Positions 35,196 to 53,481 of a stretch of DNA of 64,000 bases are shown here, in pieces; position 1 is the first letter of the stretch; each line of letters opens with the position of its first letter. A model generated the notes under the pieces. It did not search any database, was not told the DNA's origin, and was given only the letters and a program-made list of their open reading frames with translations. The stretch is from the human T2T-CHM13v2.0 reference genome, Homo sapiens: assembly GCF_009914755.1 (NCBI RefSeq), contig NC_060932.1, one strand, 5' to 3'. The translations under genes and the position numbers were made by a program.

Positions 35196-37085
35196 CTAAG
35201 GACAGGCCAGGGCGGCGGGAGAGGCGGACCGGTGGCGTGGCTGGATCTGGGCGCGCTGTCGGACCTTCCACATCACCAGCTGCAGGCAGGCGTTTGCGTC
35301 CTCGCTGGAGTTGTGGCCGTCCTGGCTGTCCTGGATGATCTGTGCCAGGTAGTCGGCCGCGAGATTCCTGAGGGAGCGCTTGTAGGGGAAACCCAGGTAG
35401 TGCGGGAAGAGCACGGCCGTGTCCACCACGGTGCTGTGGATGAGCTTCAGGGCCAGCAGGTCGCTCTCCAGGCTGTGCCCGATGAGGATGGTTTGGGCGC
35501 TGAAAAAGCTCAGCAGGATGGCTTGGACTTGGGGCAACGTGATGCTCGTCTTGGCGACGTCGGCCTCGGTGACTCCGGAAAACCTGGTGTTGTAGTCCAC
35601 GATCTCGTTGTCGGGCTTGACGAAGGTGTCGTACACCACTCGCATGTCGGCGTCCACCACGGTGACGCGGGTCAGCTCTAGGCCATGCGTGGTGTAGCAC
35701 ATCTCACAGTCCAAGGCGTAGATTCCTGGATAAGCGTCTCTGGACAACTCTTTCTTGAAGGTCTCCACGAAGCCATCGAGGCTCTCCTTGCGGCCGTCCC
35801 GCACGTGCTGCTTTGCCACCTGGCAGCCCACAGAGCCAGGAGCAGCTGCACAGCAGGTGTACTGGCTAACCCGGCCTCCAGCCACCTGGCTCGAGCGGAC
35901 CCGCCCCCAGTGATAATAACACAACTGGTCGCGTACACAGCGGCCCGAGGAGGACACCAGGTACTCGGTGCCACAACGGCAGCAGACCCTGCAGGAGGAG
36001 TCGCCGGGCCCCTTCCCCTGGCCAGTGAAGAGGACGGCGCCTCCGGGCCGCTCGGGGTGCGGGAAGGGGTAGCCGTTCTCCTTGAGCTGGTCCTGGGTGA
36101 GCAGGAACTCCTGGAGGCGGCTGTACAGGGCGGCCCTGCTGAGGCCGGGCATGGAGCTGGGGGTCAGGCCCTTCAGTCTCTTGAGGGTGTTCAGGACCAC
36201 GTTCAGGTACCTGTTCTTGTTGGGGCTGCAGTCGTAGGCCACCTTCTCCTCGTTCAGCGCCTTCTCCTCGGCCTCCTGCTTGGAGGCGCAGAACTTGAGA
36301 CACTCTTCGGTGAACAGTTGGAGATAGCCTCGGCGGAGGACGGTGGGGACTTGGCACCCAGAGCTTCGGAGGATAATGGGTTTCTTCAAACTCAAACTCG
36401 GTAAGGATGCACGACGGACGATTCGCTTAGAGCTGGTGGTGGCGGTGGTCTTGCATGCCATCCCTGACCTGTTGCGCGTCTTCCCTGGCTGTCTGCCGAC
36501 CTTGGAGCCACGGGAGCGTTGGCTGCTGCTGGCCACCCGGGTTCTCTTGGCATCTGTGTAACCTGTGACCAAGCAAGGGCTGGAAGAGTGGGCGATCGTC
36601 TTCCTCTTCCTGGGGGCTGAGATGCGGACTCCCGAGGGCCTCTCTGTCAGCCTTGGGGCGGCTGGCAAGCGGCAGGCCGATCCCCTCTGCGCAGGGAAGT
36701 AGCACGACTCCGTCACCATCTTGGGCCACGCTGGGGGCACCGCCGGACCCCTGTTCTGGGGCTCCGCCTGGATGTCCACAAATGCTGAGGCCTGCTTGTG
36801 CATCTGGGGCACCCAGAGCCCGAAGCTCTGGGCAGGCTGATGAGAGGGCAGTGGGAATTCTGGAGCCTCGAGGGCCGCCTCCTCGGCCACCTTCTTAGCT
36901 TCTGGGTATCCAGGTGGGAACCAGCAGGGAGCTGTGGCTCGCAACATCTTGCTGCCTTCGGGAGCACCGGCCGGGCTCTGCTCCGCTCCCAAATGGCGGC
37001 TTGCCTCCGGGGCCGCCTCCTTGGCCACCTTCTTAGCTTCTGGGTATCCAGGGCGGAACCAGCAGGGAGCTGTGGCTCGCAACAT
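35196..37085 (-). CDS. REXO1L1: REXO1-like DEDDh exonuclease retrogene, 629 aa, 2-repeat type
   Basis: ATG at 37085. Translation is identical to the copy at 10955-12844. Confidence 0.88.
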   Translation of the reverse strand: MLRATAPCWFRPGYPEAKKVAKEAAPEASRHLGAEQSPAGAPEGSKMLRATAPCWFPPGYPEAKKVAEEAALEAPEFPLPSHQPAQSFGLWVPQMHKQASAFVDIQAEPQNRGPAVPPAWPKMVTESCYFPAQRGSACRLPAAPRLTERPSGVRISAPRKRKTIAHSSSPCLVTGYTDAKRTRVASSSQRSRGSKVGRQPGKTRNRSGMACKTTATTSSKRIVRRASLPSLSLKKPIILRSSGCQVPTVLRRGYLQLFTEECLKFCASKQEAEEKALNEEKVAYDCSPNKNRYLNVVLNTLKRLKGLTPSSMPGLSRAALYSRLQEFLLTQDQLKENGYPFPHPERPGGAVLFTGQGKGPGDSSCRVCCRCGTEYLVSSSGRCVRDQLCYYHWGRVRSSQVAGGRVSQYTCCAAAPGSVGCQVAKQHVRDGRKESLDGFVETFKKELSRDAYPGIYALDCEMCYTTHGLELTRVTVVDADMRVVYDTFVKPDNEIVDYNTRFSGVTEADVAKTSITLPQVQAILLSFFSAQTILIGHSLESDLLALKLIHSTVVDTAVLFPHYLGFPYKRSLRNLAADYLAQIIQDSQDGHNSSEDANACLQLVMWKVRQRAQIQPRHRSASPAALACP

Positions 37086-37140
37086 CTTGCTGCCTTCGGG
37101 AGCACCGGCCTGGCTCTGCTCCTCTCCCAACTGGCGGCTT
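36865..37140 (-). repeat. 138-bp tandem repeat x2
   Basis: Two units. Confidence 0.97.
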
Positions 37141-37141
37141 C

Positions 37142-37302
37142 AATGAGTGCTGCGGCCGCCACTTGTCGCCTTTATATAGGCACAGGGCAGACTGGGTGGG
37201 ACTTCTCCTTGATAGGTTGGTGCTTCAGTCCAATCACACTGAGCCTCATCTTCCACCAGACTCCAGCTTGGGAATGCCTCAGGGGGTGCGCTAATGGAAT
37301 CA
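37142..37302 (-). promoter_or_regulatory. Putative REXO1L core promoter, copy 4
   Basis: Same motifs; TATA at 37171-37178. Confidence 0.6.
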
Positions 37303-37623
37303 ACTGGAACTCCCGGTTGCTAAACTTGGAGCTAGGTTGCTTTTCCTGAGTTAAGTAACTGTCCCTGCAGGGCAGTCCTATAATGGCTACTGGAATTGGG
37401 CTACCTAGGATTAAATTAAGGTTCAGGGAGGTTGGTCAACTTGCTTGGGCCCACACAGCACCCCTTGGAGCCAGGACTGGGCCAGCAGTCTGCTGCATGC
37501 TGGAGGGCGGGATCCCTCTGGGGCTGCCTTTCCCTGCTCTGTGCACTCCGCCGCTGCGGGCAAATTGAGGACAGGAAGCGGACCGCACCCACTTCTCTCC
37601 CAGGACTTGGGCAATGTTCAACA

Positions 37624-38511
37624 CAGGTGGTCTTCCAAAGGTTCATAGAAAATGCACATGGTGAAGAAACTATGCATGGATTTCCACTGGTTTGCACTAA
37701 AATAAACTTGTCCTAACTTCTGATAACCTTTCTGAACTAGATCTAGTTTGAGGCACTAAGAAGGATGAGACATCCACTGAAAAGGACTCCCATCAGAGCA
37801 ACATGAATTCCACGAAAATTGCAGCAAGAGGAAACATCAAATTTATGGTGAAGCTTGGGTGGAAGATTGAAGAAATCATTGACGTTTTAAGAAAAGCTTG
37901 TAAGGACACTACCCCAAAGAAATGAACTCTTTACGAATGTATAGCTTGTTTCAAGAAGAGGTGAGAAGATGTGGAAGATGAATCCTGCAGTGGCTGTGAA
38001 AACCACTGTGCCCAGATGAGCTGCAGTTACGACGAGAGCTATCAGTGGAAATTTTAAACAGGAGGGATCACGATCCTGACGCATCCCTCTGACAAATTGT
38101 AAGCGGAAGTTGGAACATGGCTTCACCAATATGATCTCGAAGGCAAAGCATCATGAAAGCGATGGCTACCAAGAGGTGGCAGTGGTCCAGTCAAAGGAAA
38201 AGGAGGCCAGTCAGGAGCCCACATCATGGCATCAGTGTTTTGGGACACTCAAGGCATTTTGCTTGTTGACTTTCTGAAAGGCCAAACATCTGCTTATTAG
38301 GAGAGTGTTCTGAGAAGCTTAGATAAAGCTTTGGTAGAAACATGCTGGGAAAGTCTCACTAGATCCTTGTTCACCACATCAATGCTCTGCTCATTCCTCT
38401 CATCAAACAAGGGCAATTTTGTCAGTTTCAATGGGCAGTCCTTAGGAATTCACCTTACGGGCTGCTTTCATTCCTTCTAAATTCTTTTTGTTTCCTAATG
38501 ATAAAAAGTCT
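37624..38511 (+). mobile_element. HSMAR2 remnant
   Basis: Copy of 1333-2220. Confidence 0.88.
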
Positions 38512-40950
38512 CCTTGCCTTGCTTGGAAAGATGAGAGAAAGTCTCCTTGCCTTGTTTGGACAGATGAGAGATGAGATCCTCCTCTTCTCTCCCAGGACAG
38601 AATGGTGAGACTTGAGTTTCCTTTCTCCTCACTCTTCTCCTCCTTGAGGGAGCTGCTGTGCCGGACAGACCTGCCCCCGTGTCTAGACACTGGTAGACTC
38701 GTTTAAGTTCCTCACAGGCAATCCTCCATGGGGTCAAAGTGGAAGGACTTATTTCTTCAGGGCTCAGTAGTCCACATCCTGGCGCGCACCTTCACCAGCC
38801 CAGGGCGGGGTAGAGGAGGGTGAAAGGGCGTGGCTCAGAGCCCGCTTCTTCCGCTCGGGCGTATCCTGGGAGGAACCCTTGTCCGGTGAGCATGTCTTCG
38901 TCTCTACCAAATTCCCTAGTGGGACATTTCTGGCAGCCCTACTTGTTCAGCAGCTTACGGGGGTCAGGTGGACCTCTGCTAGTCACCAGCCTGAAGCCCT
39001 TTCTCCATTTCAGCTATTTTGGCAGTTGCCTAGGTGACTTTTGAACCTCATTATCCAGAACAGCAAACGGACGAGGGGTGAGAAGAGTGGCCGTCTGGGT
39101 TTGCAGCATAGTGCTGCCTTCTAGGAGTTGTGCAGTCTTCGATTGTGTGAAACTTCACCTGGCTGATTTGTGGCAATGCCTCCACAAATTCGCTAAATTC
39201 AGTAGCTTTTGCCTTCCAAGATTCATTTACACAATGTTGAATGCTTTAAATGAATGAGCATGAAGAGTGCTGGGCTGGAAAGTGATGAGATGGGTGGTAG
39301 GGACTCCTCGGAGTAGAGGAGTAGAGTTTTACTATTATGACTAGGAGGCAAATAAAAAGAAGCTGAACGTGATCCATAATAAAAGAAGCACACACTCACA
39401 GAGCTCCATACCAACTACATTAAAATGGAAATCATGATATTTGGAAATACAACTTAATTGGAAATCATTAAGTAATCTCATCAACCTTTTTACAGTGGGT
39501 GGCAGGGCTATGGAGGGAAAACAGCAATGGTTCTGGCACCTACTTAACTTGATTCCATTAAATTCACCCAACAGGCCTCCAGAGAAGATATTACTGCTTT
39601 GATATTACAAAGGGAAAAACAGCTATGGCGTCTCTGAAAAGCACAACGTGCTAGGACTGGAATGACTTTAAAACCACACATAAATTTCTGAGAGATTTTT
39701 GCCGTAAGGTACCATCCACCTTACTGTAAACCACATCCTAAAATTGTCTGCAGTGCAAATGGATTATGTGCATCCAACAGGAAACAGCATAGGTTGAGAA
39801 GCTGTTACTTAATAGCTTCATTGTCACCACGAGTGTAAAGTGTGGGGTCTCATCACTTTTGCACCCACGTTTTGCCTGTTGGTTTCTCCACACTGTCAGG
39901 AGCATTTGACCAACTCACTGTGGCTCAGGGTCCCTTACGCAGCCTGTTGGGGAAACCAGTGGGTATTGAAGACCTGCCTCTGGTGTGCCAGGAGGTTGTG
40001 CCTGCCGGCCACTCTGACTTGCGATCTTCCGCCTCAGTGTATGGCTTCCTACACCTGGGTAATTAACATTGCCAGCATGATAAGGAGGTCCTTTCATCAC
40101 TATTGCCACTAGTCCTTCCGACTCCTGTGCCCTGTTTCTCCTTTATTGGAACCCAAGAACGAGTAAACATAGCATTTTCAAACATCCCGCCCCCTTCCCT
40201 GGTAACACCAATATTCCACCATCCTAATTCCCTCACAAGCATTCAGTCTCTCCACCCTGAGGTGGTGAAATCCCTGCAGGCATTTATAAGTATACCTGGA
40301 CAGAAGAAATACAAGATACCGTTCTATTAACTCAATATAGTGTTGCTAAGTTCGTACTTGTGCTTGGTTTATTTTATTTTATAAATAGGTATCACTCGCA
40401 TGGTTCCAAATGCGGTAGGCACAGAGAGTATATATGATGGAATTACATCCTCCTTCCCTGCACTCACCAACCGAGATCATCCCGCTACGGGCACTCAAAG
40501 GTTTCATTGTCTGAAATATCAGCCTAAACGTAGTTTATGTTTAGGAAGCAACAACCGTAAATAGGCCCACATCCAAACGGAGTGGATTTAGGTTTCACTT
40601 TTTCAAGGAAAAACCATCAAAGAATTTTTCCACATACTTATAAACCATCCCACGTATAGAATCCATTTTTACTGACACAAATTTAGTACCAATAAATGAC
40701 TCTTCTTCTCAATTTGTTTTATTTAACAATAAGTCTTGAACGTCATTCCCAGTTAACATTTTGAAGAGTTTCCTCTCTTTCGTTCTGTTTTAGCTGCAAA
40801 GTATTCTTCCGTAAGGATGAACGTACTATAATTTATTAGCCAGCCACTTAGTGATGTACAATTAAGCAGTTTTAAATCTTTGACTCTTGAAAATATTGTT
40901 TCTCACACATAAATATTTCTATAAAATAAATTAGTTGAATTAGAATTGTT

Positions 40951-41163
40951 GGAGTTCAAGACCAGCCTGGCCAACATGGTGAAACCCCATCTCTACTAGA
41001 AGCACAAAATTAGCCGGACATGCCGGTACATGCCTCTAATCTCAGGTGAGGCAGGAGAATCACTTCAACCTGGGAGGCAGAGGTTGTAGTGACTCGAAAT
41101 CACGCCACTGCACTCCAGCCTGGGCGACGCGAGCGAAACTCTGTCTCAAAAAACCAAAAAAAA
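40951..41163 (+). mobile_element. 5'-truncated AluS-like element
   Basis: Copy in unit 4. Confidence 0.92.
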
Positions 41164-41291
41164 TTAAACGTAAAAAGAAAAGCGGTACATATACCCAATA
41201 GAACACAATTCAGCCTTAAAAAAGAAAGAAATCATCTCATTGGCAACACGAATGAGCCTAGAGGATGGTACACTGAGTGAAAGAAAGCAAA

Positions 41292-41590
41292 GGCCAGGCA
41301 CGGTGGCTCATGCCTGTAATCCCAGTACTTTGGGAGGCCAAGGCAGGTGGAAGCGTTGAGCCCAGGAGTTGGAGATGAACCTGGGCAACATGGTGAAACC
41401 CCATCTCTAAAAGAAACACAAAAATTAGCCAAGTGTGGCGTTGGACGCCTGTAGTCCTAGCTATTCAGGAGGCTGAAGCGGGAGGAACTCTCGACCCCGA
41501 GAGGTGGAGGCCGTGGTGAGTGAGCCGTGTTTGTGTCACTGTACTCCAGCCTGGGTGACAGACTGAGACCCTGTCTCAAAAAATAAATAA
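41292..41590 (+). mobile_element. AluJ-like element
   Basis: Copy in unit 4. Confidence 0.92.
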
Positions 41591-43011
41591 TTACATAATA
41601 AAGATTTAAAAAGCAAGCACAAAAAGACAAATGCTGCATGATCTCACTTATATGTGCAATCTCAAACAATGCAACTCATAGCTGTAGAGAGCAGAACGGT
41701 GGTTACCCGAGGCAGGGGTCAGGGAGGGACTGGAGAGATGATAGTCTCATGATACAAAATTTCAGAGAGGAATGGTTCTAGAGATCTATTGAACAGCCTG
41801 GCATCTACAGTGTATAACTATGTATTGTATACTTGAAAATTGCTATAAGAGTAGATTTTAGACATGTCCTCATCACATTAAAATCAGTATGTGAGGAAAC
41901 GAGTGTGTTAATTAGCTTGATTTTGTCATTCCACAATGTATACACATATGAAACATCATGTTGTATGCCATAAATATATATAATTTTTATTTGTCAAGTT
42001 AAAATTAAAATTCATATAAATTATAAAAATAAAATGAAATAACATACACTACAAAAGACGTTTATTTATTAAATCCCCACAGAAGGGGTCTAAGTGATAA
42101 AGGAAAATAAAATTCCGGGAACGGTAAAATCAATCAGAAATGCCCTACTTCAGTGCTTTCCGAAATTTGTCTGACAGAGTGGAAATCCAGTTTTTCACTA
42201 AGTCACTGTTCTGGAACAGTTTGTGTGTGTGTATGTATGTGTGTGAGGGCTCACATACACAAATTGAACTAATGGAAGTGTAAGCATTCAAATTATCAGT
42301 TTAATTTAGTTCTATACATATACACACACACACACTCACACACCGAAAACATTGATAAAATCAGCCATTCCAGCAAAACTAGCTACTTAGTGTCTATCTC
42401 TCCTTGAAGATTCAAACTAGAAATGAGGATTTAGAGAGGCATGATGGTTCGTTCTCTCTTGGAGCCCAGTTCGAAGTTGACTGACTGATTCAGTCATTGT
42501 AATTGGTTGGTCTTGGGGAAGAATCCACTTTGACTCTTGGGAAGTCAGCTAGGTCAGCGGACAGAGCAGGGGCTCTGGAGCCAGACTGCCTGCACCCGAC
42601 TTCTAGCTATGATACCTTGGATAAACTACTTATCACCTGGGCTTCAGGTTCCTCATCTGTAAAATGGGGATAAGAATGCTATCTCTCTCACAACTGTTAG
42701 GAGGACTGACTGGGTTAATATGTGCAAAGTACCAAGTACATAAGAAACCAACAGCCAGTGCTCATTACAATCATTATTATTTTGGGCAAGTTAAGCCGCA
42801 TGGTTTCTTTAGGTATAAAATTAGGCTTTATTTACCTACCTGTTGGGTTGTTCCAAGGATTAATCACATAGTGTTCATGAATTCCCTTTATAAACTATTA
42901 TACAAAAGAAATATAGTTAACATTAATTGAACACCTACTATGTGCGATCGTTTTAAGGCTTGCCATGTGCTGCTTCATTCAGTCCGCACCATGACATTAG
43001 GATCACACTTT

Positions 43012-46683
<3,672 letters not shown>

Positions 46684-47247
46684 GGTCACACTTTAAAGAC
46701 CAAAAGGTAGAAGCGCAAAGACGTTATCTGTCCAATATTACAAACCTAGTAAGTGGTGGAATTTGGCCTTGAACCCAGATCTGTAACTCCAGAGCCGAAG
46801 TGCTTCACCCACCTCCCTGTGGTGCCTCTACAGAAAAAGAGGTAAGCAGGCATTCCGAAAGCTGGTGGGCCGGGGGGCTGGCCTTGTACTCAGAAGCCAT
46901 GGAAGTCCCACGTGGGGTGGCTAGTGGTGTAAGGACAGAGGTCTCGGATGGGCAGAGGGATGTGGACAGGCGCGAGGGCGCGCGGCAGGGACTCGGGGGA
47001 CTGGGAGTGGCGGCTCGGGGCTGCGGGAGGCGATTGGTGGAAGGACAGAGGTCTGGGAGGGGCAGAGGGATGTGGACAGGCCCGAGGGGCCGCGGCAGGG
47101 ATTCCGGGGGACCGGGAGTGGGGGGTTGGGGTTACTCTTGGCTTTTTGCCCTCTCCTGCCGCCGGCTGCTCCAGTTTCTTTCGCTTTGCGGCGAGGTGGG
47201 CAGGGTGAGCTCTCGGGACTGATGGCGGTTTTGGAAGAGGCCTGGGG

Positions 47248-49275
47248 CTAAGGACAGGCCAGGGCGGCGGGAGAGGCGGACCGGTGGCGTGGCTGGATCT
47301 GGGCGCGCTGTCGGACCTTCCACATCACCAGCTGCAGGCAGGCGTTTGCGTCCTCGCTGGAGTTGTGGCCGTCCTGGCTGTCCTGGATGATCTGTGCCAG
47401 GTAGTCGGCCGCGAGATTCCTGAGGGAGCGCTTGTAGGGGAAACCCAGGTAGTGCGGGAAGAGCACGGCCGTGTCCACCACGGTGCTGTGGATGAGCTTC
47501 AGGGCCAGCAGGTCGCTCTCCAGGCTGTGCCCGATGAGGATGGTTTGGGCGCTGAAAAAGCTCAGCAGGATGGCTTGGACTTGGGGCAACGTGATGCTCG
47601 TCTTGGCGACGTCGGCCTCGGTGACTCCGGAAAACCTGGTGTTGTAGTCCACGATCTCGTTGTCGGGCTTGACGAAGGTGTCGTACACCACTCGCATGTC
47701 GGCGTCCACCACGGTGACGCGGGTCAGCTCTAGGCCATGCGTGGTGTAGCACATCTCACAGTCCAAGGCGTAGATTCCTGGATAAGCGTCTCTGGACAAC
47801 TCTTTCTTGAAGGTCTCCACGAAGCCATCGAGGCTCTCCTTGCGGCCGTCCCGCACGTGCTGCTTTGCCACCTGGCAGCCCACAGAGCCAGGAGCAGCTG
47901 CACAGCAGGTGTACTGGCTAACCCGGCCTCCAGCCACCTGGCTCGAGCGGACCCGCCCCCAGTGATAATAACACAACTGGTCGCGTACACAGCGGCCCGA
48001 GGAGGACACCAGGTACTCGGTGCCACAACGGCAGCAGACCCTGCAGGAGGAGTCGCCGGGCCCCTTCCCCTGGCCAGTGAAGAGGACGGCGCCTCCGGGC
48101 CGCTCGGGGTGCGGGAAGGGGTAGCCGTTCTCCTTGAGCTGGTCCTGGGTGAGCAGGAACTCCTGGAGGCGGCTGTACAGGGCGGCCCTGCTGAGGCCGG
48201 GCATGGAGCTGGGGGTCAGGCCCTTCAGTCTCTTGAGGGTGTTCAGGACCACGTTCAGGTACCTGTTCTTGTTGGGGCTGCAGTCGTAGGCCACCTTCTC
48301 CTCGTTCAGCGCCTTCTCCTCGGCCTCCTGCTTGGAGGCGCAGAACTTGAGACACTCTTCGGTGAACAGTTGGAGATAGCCTCGGCGGACGACGGTGGGG
48401 ACTTGGCACCCAGAGCTTCGGAGGATAATGGGTTTCTTCAAACTCAAACTCGGTAAGGATGCACGACGGACGATTCGCTTAGAGCTGGTGGTGGCGGTGG
48501 TCTTGCATGCCATCCCTGACCTGTTGCGCGTCTTCCCTGGCTGTCTGCCGACCTTGGAGCCACGGGAGCGTTGGCTGCTGCTGGCCACCCGGGTTCTCTT
48601 GGCATCTGTGTAACCTGTGACCAAGCAAGGGCTGGAAGAGTGGGCGATCGTCTTCCTCTTCCTGGGGGCTGAGATGCGGACTCCCGAGGGCCTCTCTGTC
48701 AGCCTTGGGGCGGCTGGCAAGCGGCAGGCCGATCCCCTCTGCGCAGGGAAGTAGCACGACTCCGTCACCATCTTGGGCCACGCTGGGGGCACCGCCGGAC
48801 CCCTGTTCTGGGGCTCCGCCTGGATGTCCACAAATGCTGAGGCCTGCTTGTGCATCTGGGGCACCCAGAGCCCGAAGCTCTGGGCAGGCTGATGAGAGGG
48901 CAGTGGGAATTCTGGAGCCTCGAGGGCCGCCTCCTCGGCCACCTTCTTAGCTTCTGGGTATCCAGGTGGGAACCAGCAGGGAGCTGTGGCTCGCAACATC
49001 TTGCTGCCTTCGGGAGCACCGGCCGGGCTCTGCTCCGCTCCCAAATGGCGGCTTGCCTCCGGGGCCGCCTCCTTGGCCACCTTCTTAGCTTCTGGGTATC
49101 CAGGGCGGAACCAGCAGGGAGCTGTGGCTCGCAACATCTTGCTGCCTTCGGGAGCACCGGCCTGGCTCTGCTCCCCTCCCAAATGGCGGCTTGCCTCCAG
49201 GGCCGCCTCCTCGGCCACCTTCTTAGCTTCTGGGTATCCAGGGGGGAACCAGCAGGGAGCTGTGGCTCGCAACAT
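47248..49275 (-). CDS. REXO1L1: REXO1-like DEDDh exonuclease retrogene, 675 aa, 3-repeat type (L>V variant)
   Basis: ATG at 49275. Intact ORF with QVPTVVRR instead of QVPTVLRR (variant at 48390). Confidence 0.9.
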   Translation of the reverse strand: MLRATAPCWFPPGYPEAKKVAEEAALEASRHLGGEQSQAGAPEGSKMLRATAPCWFRPGYPEAKKVAKEAAPEASRHLGAEQSPAGAPEGSKMLRATAPCWFPPGYPEAKKVAEEAALEAPEFPLPSHQPAQSFGLWVPQMHKQASAFVDIQAEPQNRGPAVPPAWPKMVTESCYFPAQRGSACRLPAAPRLTERPSGVRISAPRKRKTIAHSSSPCLVTGYTDAKRTRVASSSQRSRGSKVGRQPGKTRNRSGMACKTTATTSSKRIVRRASLPSLSLKKPIILRSSGCQVPTVVRRGYLQLFTEECLKFCASKQEAEEKALNEEKVAYDCSPNKNRYLNVVLNTLKRLKGLTPSSMPGLSRAALYSRLQEFLLTQDQLKENGYPFPHPERPGGAVLFTGQGKGPGDSSCRVCCRCGTEYLVSSSGRCVRDQLCYYHWGRVRSSQVAGGRVSQYTCCAAAPGSVGCQVAKQHVRDGRKESLDGFVETFKKELSRDAYPGIYALDCEMCYTTHGLELTRVTVVDADMRVVYDTFVKPDNEIVDYNTRFSGVTEADVAKTSITLPQVQAILLSFFSAQTILIGHSLESDLLALKLIHSTVVDTAVLFPHYLGFPYKRSLRNLAADYLAQIIQDSQDGHNSSEDANACLQLVMWKVRQRAQIQPRHRSASPAALACP

Positions 49276-49330
49276 CTTGCTGCCTTCGGGAGCACCGGCC
49301 TGGCTCTGCTCCTCTCCCAACTGGCGGCTT
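48917..49330 (-). repeat. 138-bp tandem repeat x3
   Basis: Three units. Confidence 0.97.
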
Positions 49331-49331
49331 C

Positions 49332-49492
49332 AATGAGTGCTGCGGCCGCCACTTGTCGCCTTTATATAGGCACAGGGCAGACTGGGTGGGACTTCTCCTT
49401 GATAGGTTGGTGCTTCAGTCCAATCACACTGAGCCTCATCTTCCACCAGACTCCAGCTTGGGAATGCCTCAGGGGGTGCGCTAATGGAATCA
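49332..49492 (-). promoter_or_regulatory. Putative REXO1L core promoter, copy 5
   Basis: Same motifs; TATA at 49361-49368. Confidence 0.6.
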
Positions 49493-49813
49493 ACTGGAAC
49501 TCCCGGTTGCTAAACTTGGAGCTAGGTTGCTTTTCCTGAGTTAAGTAACTGTCCCTGCAGGGCAGTCCTATAATGGCTACTGGAATTGGGCTACCTAGGA
49601 TTAAATTAAGGTTCAGGGAGGTTGGTCAACTTGCTTGGGCCCACACAGCACCCCTTGGAGCCAGGACTGGGCCAGCAGTCTGCTGCATGCTGGAGGGCGG
49701 GATCCCTCTGGGGCTGCCTTTCCCTGCTCTGTGCACTCCGCCGCTGCGGGCAAATTGAGGACAGGAAGCGGACCGCACCCACTTCTCTCCCAGGACTTGG
49801 GCAATGTTCAACA

Positions 49814-50701
49814 CAGGTGGTCTTCCAAAGGTTCATAGAAAATGCACATGGTGAAGAAACGATGCATGGATTTCCACTGGTTTGCACTAAAATAAACTTG
49901 TCCTAACTTCTGATAACCTTTCTGAACTAGATCTAGTTTGAGGCACTAAGAAGGATGAGACATCCACTGAAAAGGACTCCCATCAGAGCAACATGAATTC
50001 CACGAAAATTGCAGCAAGAGGAAACATCAAATTTATGGTGAAGCTTGGGTGGAAGATGGAAGAAATCATTGACGTTTTAAGAAAAGCTTGTAAGGACACT
50101 ACCCCAAAGAAATGAACTCTTTACGAATGTATAGCTTGTTTCAAGAAGAGGTGAGAAGATGTGGAAGATGAATCCTTCAGTGGCTGTGAAAACCACTGTG
50201 CCCAGATCAGCTGCAGTTACGACGAGAGCTATCAGTGGAAATTTTAAACAGGAGGGATCACGATCCTGACGCATCCCTCTGACAAATTGTAAGCGGCAGT
50301 TGGAACATGGCTTCACCAATATGATCTCCAAGGCAAAGCATCATGAAAGCGATGGCTACCAAGAGGTGGCAGTGGTCCAGTCAAAGGAAAAGGAGGCCAG
50401 TCAGGAGCCCACATCATGGCATCAGTGTTTTGGGACACTCAAGGCATTTTGCTTGTTGACTTTCTGAAAGGCCAAACATCTGCTTATTAGGAGAGTGTTC
50501 TGAGAAGCTTAGATAAAGCTTTGGTAGAAACATGCTGGGAAAGTCTCACTAGATCCTTGTTCACCACATCAATGCTCTGCTCATTCCTCTCATCAAACAA
50601 GGGCAATTTTGTCAGTTTCAATGGGCAGTCCTTAGGAATTCACCTTACGGGCTGCTTTCATTCCTTCTAAATTCTTTTTGTTTCCTAATGATAAAAAGTC
50701 T
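49814..50701 (+). mobile_element. HSMAR2 remnant
   Basis: Copy of 1333-2220. Confidence 0.88.
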
Positions 50702-53140
50702 CCTTGCCTTGCTTGGAAAGATGAGAGAAAGTCTCCTTGCCTTGTTTGGACAGATGAGAGATGAGATCCTCCTCTTCTCTCCCAGGACAGAATGGTGAGA
50801 CTTGAGTTTCCTTTCTCCTCACTCTTCTCCTCCTTGAGGGAGCTGCTGTGCCGGACAGACCTGCCCCCGTGTCTAGACACTGGTAGACTCGTTTAAGTTC
50901 CTCACAGGCAATCCTCCATGGGGTCAAAGTGGAAGGACTTATTTCTTCAGGGCTCAGTAGTCCACATCCTGGCGCGCACCTTCACCAGCCCAGGGCGGGG
51001 TAGAGGAGGGTGAAAGGGCGTGGCTCAGAGCCCGCTTCTTCCGCTCGGGCGTATCCTGGGAGGAACCCTTGTCCGGTGAGCATGTCTTCGTCTCTACCAA
51101 ATTCCCTAGTGGGACATTTCTGGCAGCCCTACTTGTTCAGCAGCTTACGGGGGTCAGGTGGACCTCTGCTAGTCACCAGCCTGAAGCCCTTTCTCCATTT
51201 CAGCTATTTTGGCAGTTGCCTAGGTGACTTTTGAACCTCATTATCCAGAACAGCAAACGGACGAGGGGTGAGAAGAGTGGCCGTCTGGGTTTGCAGCATA
51301 GTGCTGCCTTCTAGGAGTTGTGCAGTCTTCGATTGTGTGAAACTTCACCTGGCTGATTTGTGGCAATGCCTCCACAAATTCGCTAAATTCAGTAGCTTTT
51401 GCCTTCCAAGATTCATTTACACAATGTTGAATGCTTTAAATGAATGAGCATGAAGAGTGCTGGGCTGGAAAGTGATGAGATGGGTGGTAGGGACTCCTCG
51501 GAGTAGAGGAGTAGAGTTTTACTATTATGACTAGGAGGCAAATAAAAAGAAGCTGAACGTGATCCATAATAAAAGAAGCACACACTCACAGAGCTCCATA
51601 CCAACTACATTAAAATGGAAATCATGATATTTGGAAATACAACTTAATTGGAAATCATTAAGTAATCTCATCAACCTTTTTACAGTGGGTGGCAGGGCTA
51701 TGGAGGGAAAACAGCAACGGTTCTGGCACCTACTTAACTTGATTCCATTAAATTCACCCAACAGGCCTCCAGAGAACATATTACTGCTTTGATATTACAA
51801 AGGGAAAAACAGCTATGGCGTCTCTGAAAAGCACAACGTGCTAGGACTGGAATGACTTTAAAACCACACATAAATTTCTGAGAGATTTTTGCCATAAGGT
51901 ACCATCCACCTTACTGTAAACCACATCCTAAAATTGTCTGCAGTGCAAATGGATTATGTGCATCCAACAGGAAACAGCATAGGTTGAGAAGCTGTTACTT
52001 AATAGCTTCATTGTCACCACGAGTGTAAAGTGTGGGGTCTCATCACTTTTGCACCCACGTTTTGCCTGTTGGTTTCTCCACACTGTCAGGAGCATTTGAC
52101 CAACTCACTGTGGCTCAGGGTCCCTTACGCAGCCTGTTGGGGAAACCAGTGGGTATTGAAGACCTGCCTCTGGTGTGCCAGGACGTTGTGCCTGCCGGCC
52201 ACTCTGACTTGCGATCTTCCGCCTCAGTGTATGGCTTCCTACACCTGGGTAATTAACATTGCCAGCATGATAAGGAGGTCCTTTCATCACTATTGCCACT
52301 AGTCCTTCCGACTCCTGTGCCCTGTTTCTCCTTTATTGGAACCCAAGAACGAGTAAACATAGCATTTTCAAACATCCCGCCCCCTTCACTGGTAACACCA
52401 ATATTCCACCATCCTAATTCCCTCACAAGCATTCAGTCTCTCCACCCTGAGGTGGTGAAATCCCTGCAGGCATTTATAAGTATACCTGGACAGAAGAAAT
52501 ACAAGATACCGTTCTATTAACTCAATATAGTGTTGCTAAGTTCGTACTTTTGCTTGGTTTATTTTATTTTATAAATAGGTATCACTCGCATGGTTCCAAA
52601 TGCGATAGGCACAGAGAGTATATATGATGGAATTACATCCTCCTTCCCTGCACTCAGCAACCGAGATCTTCCCGCTACGGGCACTCAAAGGTTTCATTGT
52701 CTGAAATATCAGCCTAAACGTAGTTTATGTTTAGGAAGCAACAACCGTAAATAGGCCCACATCCAAACGGAGTGGATTTAGGTTTCACTTTTTCAAGGAA
52801 AAACCATCAAAGAATTTTTCCACATACTTATAAACCATCCCACGTATAGAATCCATTTTTACTGACACAAATTTAGTACCAATAAACGACTCTTCTTCTC
52901 AATTTGTTTTATTTAACAATAAGTCTTGAACGTCATTCCCAGTTAACATTTTGAAGAGTTTCCTCTCTTTCATTCTGTTTTAGCTGCAAAGTATTCTTCC
53001 GTAAGGATGAACGTACTATAATTTATTAGCCAGCCACTTAGTGATGTACAATTAAGCAGTTTTAAATCTTTGACTCTTGGAAATATTGTTTCTCACACAT
53101 AAATATTTGTATAAAATAAATTAGTTGAATTAGAATTGTT

Positions 53141-53353
53141 GGAGTTCAAGACCAGCCTGGCCAACATGGTGAAACCCCATCTCTACTAGAAACACAAAAT
53201 TAGCCGGACATGCCGGTACATGCCTCTAATCTCAGGTGAGGCAGGAGAATCACTTCAACCTGGGAGGCAGAGGTTGTAGTGACTTGAAATCACGCCACTG
53301 CACTCCAGCCTGGGCGACGCGAGCGAAACTCTGTCTCAAAAAACCAAAAAAAA
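53141..53353 (+). mobile_element. 5'-truncated AluS-like element
   Basis: Copy in unit 5. Confidence 0.92.
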
Positions 53354-53481
53354 TTAAACATAAAAAGAAAAGCGGTACATATACCCAATAGAACACAATT
53401 CAGCCTTAAAAAAGAAAGAAATCATCTCATTGGCAACACGAATGAGCCTAGAGGATGGTACACTGAGTGAAAGAAAGCAAA